Source of the DNA: Candidatus Eiseniibacteriota bacterium
GTDB lineage: Bacteria; Eisenbacteria; RBG-16-71-46; CAVPCR01
Length of the DNA: 64,000 nt
NCBI GenBank assembly: GCA_963702435.1
Contig: CAVPCR010000001.1
Coordinates: 1,184,001 to 1,248,000 of the forward strand
Direction: 5' to 3'
Shown here piece after piece: positions 1 to 10,226 of this stretch (the first letter of the stretch is position 1; each line of letters begins with the position of its first letter). Made by a program: the position numbers and the translations under genes. The notes under the pieces were generated by a model, which was given only the letters and a program-made list of their open reading frames with translations, was not told the DNA's origin and searched no databases.

Positions 1-227
1 GTCTCGCGCATGAATTCCTCTTCGATTTCGATCGATGGTGGCTGGGGGTGACCTGCTGACCGCCGGGACCGGGACAGGAGGGAATAGCCGATTCATTACC
101 AGCATACCTCTACGGGCTGCGGGCCGACAACAAGCGATCGGCGGCATCTTCGAAGATCGGTGCCGCCATCGCAGTTGTTGCTATGTTCATGAATGTGTCA
201 ACAAAGCACCCCGACCCAGCCGCTCCC

Positions 228-392
228 TCACCTCCCCCGCATGCGGGACTTGATCGCTCCCCACGTCGCGGCATCGACCGGAATCGCCCCGCAGCCCACC
301 GGGAGGGCCCCGATGAGACCACAACCGCCCGAGCGGGCCGGTGCGCAAATCGGCTTTGTAGATTCCGGCCCGCGGCAGGTCCCGCCGCTCAT
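228..392 (-). other. Small ORF (54 aa) or orphan 3' remnant of a secreted beta-helix gene, ending in a TWGxIK tail
   Basis: ATG overlaps the RND stop (ATGA). Translation ends ...CAPARSGGCGLIGALPVGCGAIPVDAATWGAIKSRMRGR, closely matching the C-terminus of 7291..8445. Confidence 0.5.
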
Positions 393-3300
393 GCCTCGGC
401 GGCCGGCCCCGGCGCGAGCCCCGCCGCCCCGGTTGCCGGCCCCGCCGCCACCCGCGCCGCCGCGATCCGCCCCCGCCCTTCCTCCTCCTCCTCGCGCGCC
501 CTCTCCTCGGCCTCCTGCCGCTCCCGCCCCAACCGCCGCTTGACCCAGCCGCCGGCGTCGTCGAGGAAGGTGTAGACGACGGGCACTACGACGAGCGTCA
601 GGAGCGTCGAGGCGATGAGCCCGCCGATCACGGCGCGCGCCATCGGGGCGCGGAACTCGGCGCCGGCCCCGAGCGCGAGCGCGATCGGCATCATGCCGAA
701 GATCATGGCGAGCGTCGTCATCACGATCGGGCGGAGCCGGGTCTCGCCGGCATCGATCAGCGCCCGCCGCCGATCGGAGCCGTGCGCCCGCGCCTGGTTC
801 GCGAAGTCGACGAGCAGGATCGCGTTCTTGGTCACGAGCCCCATCAGGAGGATGAGACCGATCATGCTCATGAGGTTGAACGTCGATCCCGTGGCGAGAA
901 GGCCGAGGAAGACACCGACCATGGACAGGGGGAGCGAGAGCATGATGGCGAGCGGCTGCAGGAAGGCGCCGAACTGGCTCGCCAGGATCAGGTAGATGAA
1001 GACGATGGCGAGGATGAGGCTCTCGATGATGTAGTGCACGGTCTCGCCGAAATGCTCTGACTCTCCACCGAGCACCATCCGGTAGCCGGGTGGCATGTCG
1101 ATCGCCTTCGCCGCGCGCTCGATGTCGCCGCTCACCTCGGTCAGCGTGCGCCCGTAGTAGTTGGCCTCGAGCGCGACCAGCCGCTCGAGGTTCCGCCGTT
1201 CGATCTTCTGCGGGCCGCTCGACTCGGCAAGCTGCGCGATGTGGCCGAGCGTGATGAGCTGCGGCGCACCGGTCCGGGGATCGATCTTCCCGGTCAGGAG
1301 CGGCAGGCGGGCGAGCGCCGCCGTCGAGGTGCGGGCCGCATCCGGCAGGCGCACGATGACCGGATGTTGCTCGCCGTCGGGATCCTCCCAGTTCCCCACC
1401 TCCTGGCCGGCGAGGGCCGGCCGCAGCGTCTGCGCCACGGCCGTCACACCGAGCCCCAGGTCGCTGGCGAGATCCCGTCGCAAGTCGACGCGGAGCTCGG
1501 GCCGATCGGCCTCGAGGCCCGACTCGACCTCGATGAGACCGGGGGTCGCGCGCATCTTGACGAGGAGCTCGTCCGAGATGCGCCGGAGCTCGTCGAGCTG
1601 CGGCCCGCTCACGTAGACCTGCACCGGCTTCTCCGCGCCGCCGAAACCGCCCGATGTCAGGATCGACACGCGCAGCCCGGGCAGCGCCCCCAGCTCGCGG
1701 CGGAGCACATCCTCGAGCTCGAACTGGCTCAACTCGCGCTTCCGCTTCGGCACGAGCTTCACGTACATCTCGGCCTCGTTGACCTGTCCTTCCCAGCCGC
1801 CGCCCACGGCCGAATAGGAGTAGTCCACTTCCGGATGGCGCTCGACGAGGATGGCCACCTCGCGCACGCGCTCCTGCGTGTAGGCGAGGCTCGAGCCGAC
1901 CGGCGTCTTCACGATCACCGCGAACTCGCTCTCGTCCGACTTGGGCATGAAGTCGCCGCCGATGAACGGGAAGAGGGCGAGCGCCCCGATGAACGACGCA
2001 GCGGCGATGCCGAGCGTCGCCAGGCGATGCGCGAGGGCCCAGCCGATGACGCGGCGATAGCGGCGCCCGAGCCCGACGAAGCCCTCGTTGAAGCGCTCGA
2101 TCGCGCGTCCGAACCGGCCGTGCTCGGCGACGCCGGCCGCGACCGGGTCGTACCAGACCGAGGACAGCATGGGGTCGAGAGTGAAGGAGACGAAGAGGCT
2201 CACCAGGACGGCGAAGGTGACCGTGATGCCGAACTCGTAGAAGAACTTGCCGACGATGCCGCCCATGAAGGCGACCGGCACGAAGACGGCGACGATCGTG
2301 AAGGTGGTGGCCATGACGGCGAGGCCGATCTCGCTCGTGCCCTTGATCGCCGCGGTGTGATGGTCCTCCCCGCGTTGCAGGTGGCGGACGATGTTCTCGC
2401 GGACGACGATCGCGTCGTCGATCAGGATGCCGGTGGCGAGCGAGAGCGCCATCAGGGTCATCATGTTGATGGTGAACCCGAAGGCGTAGATGGCGAGGAA
2501 AGCGCTGATCAGCGACACCGGCAAGGTGAGGCCCGTGATCACGGTCGAGCGCCACGAGTTGAGGAATAGAAAGACGACGAGCACGGTCAGAAGCGCGCCG
2601 ATCACGATCGTCGTCTGCACGTCCTCGACCGAGTCGCGGATCCACACCGAGTTGTCGCGCACGATGCCGAGCTCGGCTCCTTCCGGGAGGAGGGCGCGCA
2701 GCTGGGGCAGCGCTTCCTTGATCGTCTCCGCCACCTCGACCGTGTTGGCGCCCGAGACCTTGCGTATCTCTAGCGCCACGGCGGGATCGGCGCCGACGAA
2801 GGCCGCCGAGCGCACCTCCTCCGCCCCATCGCGCGGGGTCGCCACCTCGCCGAGGCGGACGACGCGGCCGCCGCGCTGCGCGACGGCGATCGCGGCGAAG
2901 TCCTGCGGGCTCTCGAGCCGCCCCTCGAGGCGGACGAGGCGCTCGCCGGGCCCCCACTCGAGGCGGCCGGCCGGCACCTCCCGATTCTCGCTCCCGGCCG
3001 CCGCCATCACCTCGGCGACCGAGACCTGGCTCCCGGCGAGGCGATCCGGGTCGAGCTCGATAACCACCGCGCGCTTCTCGCCGCCCACGACCGAGACCTG
3101 ACCGACGCCGTTCACCGCCTCGAGCCGCTTCTTGAGCGTCTCCTCGGCGAGGGTCGTGAGCTCGCGACGGCTCTGCTTCTCCGAGCGCAGGGCGAGCGAA
3201 ACGATCGGGATCTCGCCCGGATCGAAGCGGAGGACGAGCGGTACCTCGATGTCCTCGGGCAGCTCGGCGCGGATCGACTCGATCTTGGTGCGCACGTCCT

Positions 3301-3616
3301 GCTGCGCATCGAGGCTGCTGACGTCGAGCTCGAACATGACGACGACGCTCGACAGCCCCTCGAGCGAGGTCGAGGTGACCTCGCGCACCCCCTCGATCGG
3401 GTTCACCACCTCCTCGACGCGGCGGGTCACCTCGCGCTCGACCGCCTCGGGCGACGCGCCCGGGTAGACCGTCTGCACGACGATCACCGGGAAGTCGACG
3501 TCCGGCCACAGGTCGATGTTCAGGCGGCGGTAGGAGAAGATGCCGAGGGTGGCGAGCGCCACCATCATCATGGTCGCGAAGACCGGCCGCTTGATCGAGA
3601 CTTCGGAGAGGAACAT
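389..3616 (-). CDS. RND efflux transporter, AcrB/AcrD/AcrF family
   Basis: 1075 aa. N-terminal [10 protein letters not shown]4 [34 protein letters not shown]. Lies downstream of MFP and TolC genes. Confidence 0.96.
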   Translation of the reverse strand: MFLSEVSIKRPVFATMMMVALATLGIFSYRRLNIDLWPDVDFPVIVVQTVYPGASPEAVEREVTRRVEEVVNPIEGVREVTSTSLEGLSSVVVMFELDVSSLDAQQDVRTKIESIRAELPEDIEVPLVLRFDPGEIPIVSLALRSEKQSRRELTTLAEETLKKRLEAVNGVGQVSVVGGEKRAVVIELDPDRLAGSQVSVAEVMAAAGSENREVPAGRLEWGPGERLVRLEGRLESPQDFAAIAVAQRGGRVVRLGEVATPRDGAEEVRSAAFVGADPAVALEIRKVSGANTVEVAETIKEALPQLRALLPEGAELGIVRDNSVWIRDSVEDVQTTIVIGALLTVLVVFLFLNSWRSTVITGLTLPVSLISAFLAIYAFGFTINMMTLMALSLATGILIDDAIVVRENIVRHLQRGEDHHTAAIKGTSEIGLAVMATTFTIVAVFVPVAFMGGIVGKFFYEFGITVTFAVLVSLFVSFTLDPMLSSVWYDPVAAGVAEHGRFGRAIERFNEGFVGLGRRYRRVIGWALAHRLATLGIAAASFIGALALFPFIGGDFMPKSDESEFAVIVKTPVGSSLAYTQERVREVAILVERHPEVDYSYSAVGGGWEGQVNEAEMYVKLVPKRKRELSQFELEDVLRRELGALPGLRVSILTSGGFGGAEKPVQVYVSGPQLDELRRISDELLVKMRATPGLIEVESGLEADRPELRVDLRRDLASDLGLGVTAVAQTLRPALAGQEVGNWEDPDGEQHPVIVRLPDAARTSTAALARLPLLTGKIDPRTGAPQLITLGHIAQLAESSGPQKIERRNLERLVALEANYYGRTLTEVSGDIERAAKAIDMPPGYRMVLGGESEHFGETVHYIIESLILAIVFIYLILASQFGAFLQPLAIMLSLPLSMVGVFLGLLATGSTFNLMSMIGLILLMGLVTKNAILLVDFANQARAHGSDRRRALIDAGETRLRPIVMTTLAMIFGMMPIALALGAGAEFRAPMARAVIGGLIASTLLTLVVVPVVYTFLDDAGGWVKRRLGRERQEAEERAREEEEEGRGRIAAARVAAGPATGAAGLAPGPAAEA

Positions 3617-3619
3617 GAC

Positions 3620-4843
3620 CTAGCGTCCTTCCGCGGCTTCCGCGGCTTCTGCGCCTTCCGCGGCTTCTGCGCCTTCCGCGGCTTCTGCGCCTTCCGCGGC
3701 TTCCGCGCCTGCCGCGGCCTCGGCGCCGCTCAGGCGCACCACGAGTCCCGCCCTGAGCCCGGGCACGCTGCCCGCGAGGAGCGAATCGCCGGCGGCGAGC
3801 GCGCCCTCGACCTGGACGAGCCCGGCCGCCTCGTCGGCGAGGCCGGTCACGACCGGCACCCGCACCGCCTTCCCGCCGCGCACGGCGTAGACCGCGCTCG
3901 CGCCGTCCTCCTGGCGGAGCGCGCCGACCGGGACCGCGATCGCGCTCTCGACCACCGCGTCGATCACCCGCCCGGAGGCGAAGAGTCCGCCGACGAGGGC
4001 GCGGTCCTTGTTCTCGAATCGCGCGTAGATCTGCACCTGGCGCGTTCCCGGCTCGGTGACCGGGTTGACGCGCGCCACTTCCCCGGTGAACAAGCGATCG
4101 GGAAACGCGTCGACCTGGAAGCGCACCTGACTCCCGACCCGCACGCGCGCCAGCGCATCGGCAGGGATCGCGGCCGAGAGCTCGAGGGTCGCAGTGTCCA
4201 CGATCTCGAGGAGCGGATCGCCGATGGCGACATGGTCGCCCGGATGGACGAAGCGGCGGCTCACCTCCCCCGCGAAGGGACTCGGGACACCGAGACGAGC
4301 GAGGTCGTCGGTCGCGCGATTGAAGGCGGCCTCGGCGAGGCGCACGCGCGCGGCCGCCGCCTCTCCGGCGGCCTGCGCCATTTCGAGCTCCGAGGGCGAA
4401 GCAGCACCCGCCTTGAGGAGACGCTCAGCGCGGCCGAGATCGCCCTCCGCGGCGATCGCCGCCGAGCGCGCGGCGAGGAGATCCGCCTCGGCGGCCGTAT
4501 GGCGGTCGCGCGTGTCTCCCGGCTCGTAGCGCGCGAGCGGCTGGCCCGCGCGCACCCGCTCGCCCTCGCGCACGAGCACGGCCTCGAGATCGCCGTCGAT
4601 CTGCGCCTTGACCGTGACCGAGAGGTTGGGGCGGAGCTCCCCCGTGAAGGGGACTCCCGCCTCGAGCCGCCGGAGCTCGGCCCGCGCCACCCGATCCGGC
4701 GCCACGATGAGTGCCGTGTCGTCCCCGTTGTCCGCCTCTGGCGAGCGACCGCACCCGGTCACGAGCAAGAGCGCCGCGGCGCCGGCACCGGCCAGGAGCC
4801 GCCTCGCGTGCATCGCGTGCATGAACTTCGTCCTTCCCATCAC
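3620..4843 (-). CDS. RND periplasmic adaptor (membrane fusion protein)
   Basis: Lipoprotein-like LVTGC, lipoyl half-motifs VREGERVRAGQPL and SPFAGEVSRRFVHPGDHV, GEVARVNP. Located between TolC and RND. Confidence 0.93.
   Translation of the reverse strand: MMGRTKFMHAMHARRLLAGAGAAALLLVTGCGRSPEADNGDDTALIVAPDRVARAELRRLEAGVPFTGELRPNLSVTVKAQIDGDLEAVLVREGERVRAGQPLARYEPGDTRDRHTAAEADLLAARSAAIAAEGDLGRAERLLKAGAASPSELEMAQAAGEAAAARVRLAEAAFNRATDDLARLGVPSPFAGEVSRRFVHPGDHVAIGDPLLEIVDTATLELSAAIPADALARVRVGSQVRFQVDAFPDRLFTGEVARVNPVTEPGTRQVQIYARFENKDRALVGGLFASGRVIDAVVESAIAVPVGALRQEDGASAVYAVRGGKAVRVPVVTGLADEAAGLVQVEGALAAGDSLLAGSVPGLRAGLVVRLSGAEAAAGAEAAEGAEAAEGAEAAEGAEAAEAAEGR
3627..3720. repeat. 18-bp coding tandem repeat (AEGAEA)n in the MFP C-terminal tail
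   Basis: About 4-5 imperfect copies of GCGCCTTCCGCGGCTTCT. Confidence 0.85.
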
Positions 4844-6378
4844 CGCTCCTCCCCCGGCGGGGCAATCGGCGGGGCAACCGGCGGCCCGACCAATGTCGTC
4901 AAGTACGGCCGGCCCGTCAGCTTCTCAAGACGCGCGAACGCCACCAGCATGTCGTAGCGCGCCCGCGCCTCGTTGATCCGCGCGACCTGCTCGGAGATGC
5001 GCGCATCGGAGACATTGAACAGATTGGCGGCGCCCTCCGCGAAGCGAAGCCGCGCGAGCTCGTGCACCCGTCCGGCGAACGAGACCGTCTGTTGCCGGCT
5101 GAGGAGATCGGCCCGCGCCCGCTCGAGCTCGCCGACCCGCTGCTCGACCGCGAGCCGGCGCTCCTCGCGCAGGATGGCGAGTCGCTGCTCGTCGGTCTTG
5201 AGCTGAGCCCTGGCCTGGCTCACGCGCCCGCTGGTCAGAAACCCGTCGAAGATCGGCACGTTGACCCGCAAACCGATGGCGAGGTCATCGTTCCAGTCAC
5301 CGCTACCGGGGAAGAACTCGCCCGGGTAGGCCTGCTGGCCATAGGTCGCGAAGAGCGAGACCTCGGGTAGGTACGCACCTCTCGCCACCTTGACGCCTTC
5401 CTCACGCGCCGCCACGGTCTCCTCGATCGTGCGCACGGCCGGGCGCAGCTCGGCGGCGACCGCGAGCGAATCGCGGTCGACGCCCGCGATGTCCGGCACC
5501 GGTGCGCTGGCGGCGAGCAATGTGTCCGCCAGCACGAGCGGCTTGCGCGGCGACAGGTTGAGCAGGCGGCGCAGGTTCAGGTAGGTGAGCGAGCGCGCGT
5601 TCTCGGCCTCGACGATGAGCGGCCGCTGGTTGTCGCGCTGCACCTCGGCCTGCAGGAGATCGAAATCGGCGGCCTTCCCCACCTCGTGCCGGAGGCGCAC
5701 GAACTCGTACTGCTCGTTTGCCTGATCGAAGCCCAGCTCGGCGATCGCGACCAGCTCATCGGCGAGCAGTGCGCCGAGATAGGACTCCATCACCCCCTGG
5801 ACGAGGTCGGTCTTCGCGTCGGCGAGCGCGGCGTCCGCCGCGGCGCGCACGTGGCCGGCGGCACGGACCGCTCCGAGGAGCGAACCGCCCTGGTAGACCT
5901 TCTGGGTCAACCCGAGGCTCGCCGCCCAGTTGTTCTCGGCCGCGAAGGGCAGGTCGCTGAAGAGGGAGCTGAGGCCGGAGAGGCCGGCGGTCGGCGTGTT
6001 CTCCTCGAGGTAACGGACCCGCTCCTCGAGCGAGGCGGTGGTGTCCGGCTCGAAGGGCGGCACCGAGACATCGCCGGTGTCGTAGACGCTCGCCAGTTGC
6101 CGCGTGTAGGAGAGACCGGCGGAGAGCTGCGGCAGGATCTGCGCGCGGCTCTGCGTCACAAAGGAGTTCGCGAGTTCGAGCTGCGCCGTGGCGGCCTCGA
6201 CCTCCTCGCTCACTGCGAGCGCGTGTCGCATGGCGTCGGCGAGTCCCAGGCGGAGCGTGTCAACCTGTGCCACCGCGATCTCCTGCGGCGCGATGAGCGG
6301 ACCGCCGGCTGGGTCCGCCGCGAACACCGACCGGGTGATCGCAATCACCACCAGGGTGATGAGTAGACAGTGCCTCAT
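4840..6378 (-). CDS. TolC-family outer membrane efflux protein
   Basis: Start taken at ATG 6378 (MRHCLLITLVVIAITRSVFA signal peptide), overlapping the TetR stop. OEP-type motifs RAQILPQLSAG, ARGAYLPEVSL, VNVPIFDG. Confidence 0.9.
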   Translation of the reverse strand: MRHCLLITLVVIAITRSVFAADPAGGPLIAPQEIAVAQVDTLRLGLADAMRHALAVSEEVEAATAQLELANSFVTQSRAQILPQLSAGLSYTRQLASVYDTGDVSVPPFEPDTTASLEERVRYLEENTPTAGLSGLSSLFSDLPFAAENNWAASLGLTQKVYQGGSLLGAVRAAGHVRAAADAALADAKTDLVQGVMESYLGALLADELVAIAELGFDQANEQYEFVRLRHEVGKAADFDLLQAEVQRDNQRPLIVEAENARSLTYLNLRRLLNLSPRKPLVLADTLLAASAPVPDIAGVDRDSLAVAAELRPAVRTIEETVAAREEGVKVARGAYLPEVSLFATYGQQAYPGEFFPGSGDWNDDLAIGLRVNVPIFDGFLTSGRVSQARAQLKTDEQRLAILREERRLAVEQRVGELERARADLLSRQQTVSFAGRVHELARLRFAEGAANLFNVSDARISEQVARINEARARYDMLVAFARLEKLTGRPYLTTLVGPPVAPPIAPPGEER

Positions 6379-7104
6379 CCTGCATTCTCCGCCGCGAGCC
6401 CCTCGAGGAGGATCGAGGCCAGGCTCGCCGCCGTGCGCTGGTTGAGCGCCGGCGGCACACCGCACTGGTGCGCCGCCACGTAGAAGTGCACGGCCCCGTG
6501 CATCATCATCACCGCGCAGGAGGGGTCCACGCGGCGGAACTCGCCGCGCCGCTGGCCTTCGCGGATCAGGTCTTCCATGCGGCCGAGGATGCGGTCCCCG
6601 AGCGACTGATAGTCGAAACCGAGAGGCAGCGCCCCCGGATAGGAGAAAACCTGGTAGACGAAGCGGGCGAGCTCGGGCTCCTCGCGACAGAGCCGCACGT
6701 GGGTCGCAATCAGGCTCCGGATGCGGCTCGTGGCCGCGCCGCGGCGAGCCGCCTCGGCCGCGAAGAGCTTGTCGGTCTCCTCGAGAACGTGGCGCAGGAG
6801 CGAGGCGTAGAGCTCCTGCTTGCTCTGGAAGTAGTAGTAGATGACCGGTTTGGTGACGCCTGCCCGCGCCGCGATCTCGCGCATCGAGGTGGCGGAGAAC
6901 CCGCGTTCGGTGAACACGCGCACCGCTGCGCGGAGCACGAGCTCCCGCGTGGTGGGCTCGGTGGGCGACGGGCGCGGGCGGCGGCCCGGGGGGCCGGCGG
7001 ACGCCGGCGGCGCCGGGGCGGGCTGCCGCGGGGCGGGCTGCCGCGGGGCGGGCTGCCGCGAACGATCTCGGGTTTCGGACCGTGGCAGCGCGTGGAGGAA
7101 CCAT
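6375..7104 (-). CDS. TetR/AcrR family regulator; 5' end apparently interrupted by a 1-nt frameshift in a G6 run at 6988-6993
   Basis: HTH VFTERGFSATSMREIAARAGVTKPVIYYYFQSKQELY. The best RBS-preceded ATG (7104) is in a different frame from the HTH. Confidence 0.85.
7016..7060. repeat. 15-bp tandem repeat x3
   Basis: GGGGCGGGCTGCCGC three times in the TetR 5' region. Confidence 0.85.
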
Positions 7105-7126
7105 GCGCACTCAACCTCTGGGGAAT

Positions 7127-7168
7127 TTACCGAGCGGTAAGTATATGGACGGCCGGCGACCCGGTCAA
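7127..7168 (-). promoter_or_regulatory. Sigma70-type promoter of the efflux operon with overlapping palindromic (TetR) operator
   Basis: Minus strand TTGACC (7168-7163), 17-nt spacer, TATACT (7145-7140). Inverted repeat TTACCG-AG-CGGTAA at 7127-7140 spans the predicted start site. Confidence 0.75.
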
Positions 7169-7290
7169 GTTGCGCGTTTTCCCGGCCGCAGACCCCGCGG
7201 GCGCGGCCGCCGCCGGGGCAGATCCTCCGGCCGGCGGCACCGTTTTGCCCGGGCGAGCAGGGTGGGATACTATGCGGTCGAGGTCCAGCC

Positions 7291-8445
7291 ATGACGCGAT
7301 CCCCTCTTCCCGCTGTCCATTGCCTGTTCGTTCCCGCCGCCATCCTGCTCCTCGCCGGAGCAGGGACGGAGGCCGCGCGCGCCGCGCGCTTCGTGGTCCC
7401 CGACGACTATCCGAGCCCGGCCGCCGCGCTCGCCGCCGGCGCGAACACCGGCGTGGATACGGTGCTCGTCCGCTCCGGGCGCTATACCGATGTCGCAGTC
7501 TCCGACCTTCCCGGCGGCGGCGTGCTCGCCGGCGCGGTCCTCTACTCCGGCGTCTATCTTCTCGCACACCCCGAGAACGCCACGCCGCCCGTGATCGATG
7601 TCGGCGCCGGCGGCGACCGGGTCGCCATCGCGACCGCGGGCGATACCGACGTCACGGTGGACGGCTTCCTCCTCCCGGCCGGCCCCCGCCACTCGATCGA
7701 GGCGCTCGACAGCCGGATCGTCGTGCGCAACTGCTCGCTCGAGGCCGGCTTCCGCGCCAATGACTGCGCGACCATCGAACTCTCCGACAACCGCATCAGC
7801 GCCCCGGCCGGCGACGCGATCTTCGTCGAGAACTCGGGGCTCCTCCTCATCGGCAACGAGGTGAGCAACGCGCTCCGCGACGCCGTGACCTGGGTCTCGG
7901 TCGCGGGCGAGTTCGCCGCCGAGAACAACGCGATCCACGACAACGGCGGCTTCGGGCTCGTCGTCTCCGGGACCGGAGTATCGGCAGACATCCGCAAGAA
8001 TCTGATTCACGACAACCTGGAGAGCGGCATCTTCCTGACCTTGACGAGCAGCAACGCGGTGGTGGAAGAGAACACGATCTGGATGAACGGCGATGTCGGT
8101 GTGCGGACGACCGCCGGCGCCGCCATCACGGTCGCCCGCAACTTGATCGGCCGGAACCAGATCGGCCTCACCTGCGAGTCGGCCCTGACCCTCGACTGCA
8201 ACGACGTCTGGCAGAACACGGCGATCGACTACGACGGGCCTTGCGGCCCGCACCCGACCGACTTCGCGCTCGATCCGGAGTTCTGCTGCCCGGACGGATC
8301 CTGCTTCACCCTGCAGACCGATTCGCCGTGCGCCCCCGCCAACTCGGGCGGCTGCGGGCAGGTCGGCGCGCGACCGGTCGGGTGCGGCGCGGCCACGGTC
8401 GAGGGGGCGACCTGGGGCGAGATCAAGGCGCGGTTCCGGCGGTAA
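7291..8445 (+). CDS. Secreted right-handed parallel beta-helix (pectin-lyase-like/NosD-type) protein with C-terminal TWGxIK tail
   Basis: Signal peptide, VPDDYPS...DTVLVRSGRY cap, I..N.I..N repeats, DPEFC...SPCAP..GCGQVGARPVGC, ends ATWGEIKARFRR. Confidence 0.8.
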   Translation: MTRSPLPAVHCLFVPAAILLLAGAGTEAARAARFVVPDDYPSPAAALAAGANTGVDTVLVRSGRYTDVAVSDLPGGGVLAGAVLYSGVYLLAHPENATPPVIDVGAGGDRVAIATAGDTDVTVDGFLLPAGPRHSIEALDSRIVVRNCSLEAGFRANDCATIELSDNRISAPAGDAIFVENSGLLLIGNEVSNALRDAVTWVSVAGEFAAENNAIHDNGGFGLVVSGTGVSADIRKNLIHDNLESGIFLTLTSSNAVVEENTIWMNGDVGVRTTAGAAITVARNLIGRNQIGLTCESALTLDCNDVWQNTAIDYDGPCGPHPTDFALDPEFCCPDGSCFTLQTDSPCAPANSGGCGQVGARPVGCGAATVEGATWGEIKARFRR

Positions 8446-8479
8446 GCGCCGGCCCCCCTTCCCCTATAATCGCCCGACC

Positions 8480-9403
8480 ATGCTCCCGATCATCACCGCC
8501 CGCGGGCTCTCCAAGCGCTTCGGCTCGTTCACCGCCGTCAACGCGATCGACTTCACGGTCGCGCCCGGCGAGTGCTTCGGCTTCCTCGGCCCGAACGGCG
8601 CCGGGAAGACCTCGACCATGCGCATGATCTACTGCGCCTCGCCGCGCACCGCCGGGGAGCTCCAGGTCCTCGGGCTCGATCCGGAGCGGGAGCCGCGCCG
8701 GATCAAGCGAGACCTCGGCGTCGTCCTCCAGGAGGACCTCCTCGACGAGGCGCTCGACGTCGAATCGAACCTCGCCCTCTTCGGCGTCTACCACGGGCTC
8801 GACCGCCGCCGCGCCCGGGCCCGAGCCCGCGAGGCGCTCGCCGTCTTCGGCCTCGAGGAACGCGCCCGCGACAACATCCGGAAGCTCTCGGGCGGCATGC
8901 GGCGGCGGATCGCGGTGGCGCGGGCCATGCTCACCGAACCGCGCATCCTGATCCTCGACGAGCCGACGACCGGCCTCGACCCGCAGTTCCGCCACGATCT
9001 CTGGCAGCGCCTCCTCGATCTGCGCGCGCGCGGCATCACCATCCTCCTCACAACCCACTACATGGAGGAGGCGGAGCGCCTCTGCGACCGCCTCGTGATC
9101 ATGGACCAGGGGAAGATCGTCGCCACCGGGGCGCCCGAGGAGCTGATCCGATCCACCGTGCCGCCCGGCGCGGTCGAGGTGCGCGCGACGGCCGAGGAGC
9201 GGGCCCGCATCGCGGCCGGGCTGGCCGCGCGCTTCGGTGCGCCCGAGGCGTACTCGGACCGTCTTGTCTACTACACCGCGGACGGCGACGGCGTGCTCGC
9301 GGCTCTCCGCGCCGGCGGCTACGCGGTCCGCTCGGAGATCGTCCGCCGGAGCACGCTCGAGGACGTCTTCCTCCGCCTGACCGGCCGGGAGCTCGGCACA
9401 TGA
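8480..9403 (+). CDS. ABC-2 exporter ATP-binding subunit (NodI/DrrA-like)
   Basis: GPNGAGKT, LSGGMRRR, ILDEPTTGLD, LTTHYMEEAERLCDR. Confidence 0.95.
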   Translation: MLPIITARGLSKRFGSFTAVNAIDFTVAPGECFGFLGPNGAGKTSTMRMIYCASPRTAGELQVLGLDPEREPRRIKRDLGVVLQEDLLDEALDVESNLALFGVYHGLDRRRARARAREALAVFGLEERARDNIRKLSGGMRRRIAVARAMLTEPRILILDEPTTGLDPQFRHDLWQRLLDLRARGITILLTTHYMEEAERLCDRLVIMDQGKIVATGAPEELIRSTVPPGAVEVRATAEERARIAAGLAARFGAPEAYSDRLVYYTADGDGVLAALRAGGYAVRSEIVRRSTLEDVFLRLTGRELGT

Positions 9404-10197
9404 CGACCACGTCCGTGACTCGCCCCTTTCCCTCCCGCGCGCCGAGCCTCGACGGCGCCGCACGCGTCTGGCTCCGCAACGCGACCGTCTACCGCCGCAC
9501 GTTCAAGTTCAACATCGTGCCGAACTTCTTCGAGCCCGTGTTCTATCTCCTGTCCATGGGCATCGGCCTCGGCGCCTACGTGGCGGGGGTCGCCGACAGC
9601 TATCTCGCCTGGGTGGCGCCGGGGCTCCTGGCGGCGAGCGCCATGAACGGGGCGACCTTCGAGGTCACCTACAACACCTTCGTCAAGATGACGTACGATC
9701 GCACGTACGACGCGATGCTCTCGACCCCGCTCGAGGTCGAGGACATCGCGCTCGGCGAGCTGGCCTGGGCGGTGACGCGCGCCGGCCTCTACGGCGCGGC
9801 CTTCCTGCTCGTGATGGCGCTCTTCGGGCTCGTGCGCTCGCCGCTCGCCCTCCTCGCCATCCCGGCCTCTCTCCTCATCGGATTCCTGTTCGCCGGGATC
9901 GGCATGGTCTTCACCGCGCTCAACAGGAACATCGAGCTCTACAGCTACTACTTCACGCTCTTCATCACGCCGCTCTTCCTGTTCTCGGAGATCTTCTTTC
10001 CGCTCGAGCGGATGCCCCTCCTGTTGCAGAAGGCGGCGCTCGCGACCCCGCTCTATCACGCGGTGCGGCTGTGCCGCTACCTCCTGCTCGGCGCGGGCGG
10101 GCAAGCGGCGCTCGTGAGCACGGTGTGGATGGTCGTGGCCGGCGCGATCCTCTTCGCGGTCGCGATCCGGCTCATGCGCCGCCGCCTCGTCACGTAG
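9400..10197 (+). CDS. ABC-2 exporter permease (NodJ-like)
   Basis: ATGA overlap with the ATPase gene. FEPVFYLLSMGIGLG, YDAMLSTPL, FFPLERMP; about 6 TM segments. Confidence 0.92.
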   Translation: MTTTSVTRPFPSRAPSLDGAARVWLRNATVYRRTFKFNIVPNFFEPVFYLLSMGIGLGAYVAGVADSYLAWVAPGLLAASAMNGATFEVTYNTFVKMTYDRTYDAMLSTPLEVEDIALGELAWAVTRAGLYGAAFLLVMALFGLVRSPLALLAIPASLLIGFLFAGIGMVFTALNRNIELYSYYFTLFITPLFLFSEIFFPLERMPLLLQKAALATPLYHAVRLCRYLLLGAGGQAALVSTVWMVVAGAILFAVAIRLMRRRLVT

Positions 10198-10226
10198 CGG
10201 CGAGCCCCACGCAATCCACCGGCCCG

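Noticed and set aside
1..100. Possible minus-strand gene start (GAGGAATTC-ATG at 11) running off the window
   Set aside because: Only a few codons are visible, so it cannot be supported.
228..3509. 1093-aa Arg/Gly-rich ORF, and many other long overlapping or antisense ORFs (e.g. 11454..14207, 47121..49664, 49779..53060, 60120..61970)
   Set aside because: Shadow frames typical of very GC-rich DNA that overlap well-supported genes. Only the last 54 aa of 228..3509 carry a recognisable motif.
4840..7110. 756-aa extended TolC ORF as a real fusion protein
   Set aside because: The extension is largely an alternative frame of the TetR gene, and TolC has its own signal peptide and coupled ATG at 6378.
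8480..10197. nodI/nodJ implying Nod-factor export
   Set aside because: Family resemblance only; no nodABC in the window, and this ABC-2 pair is widespread.
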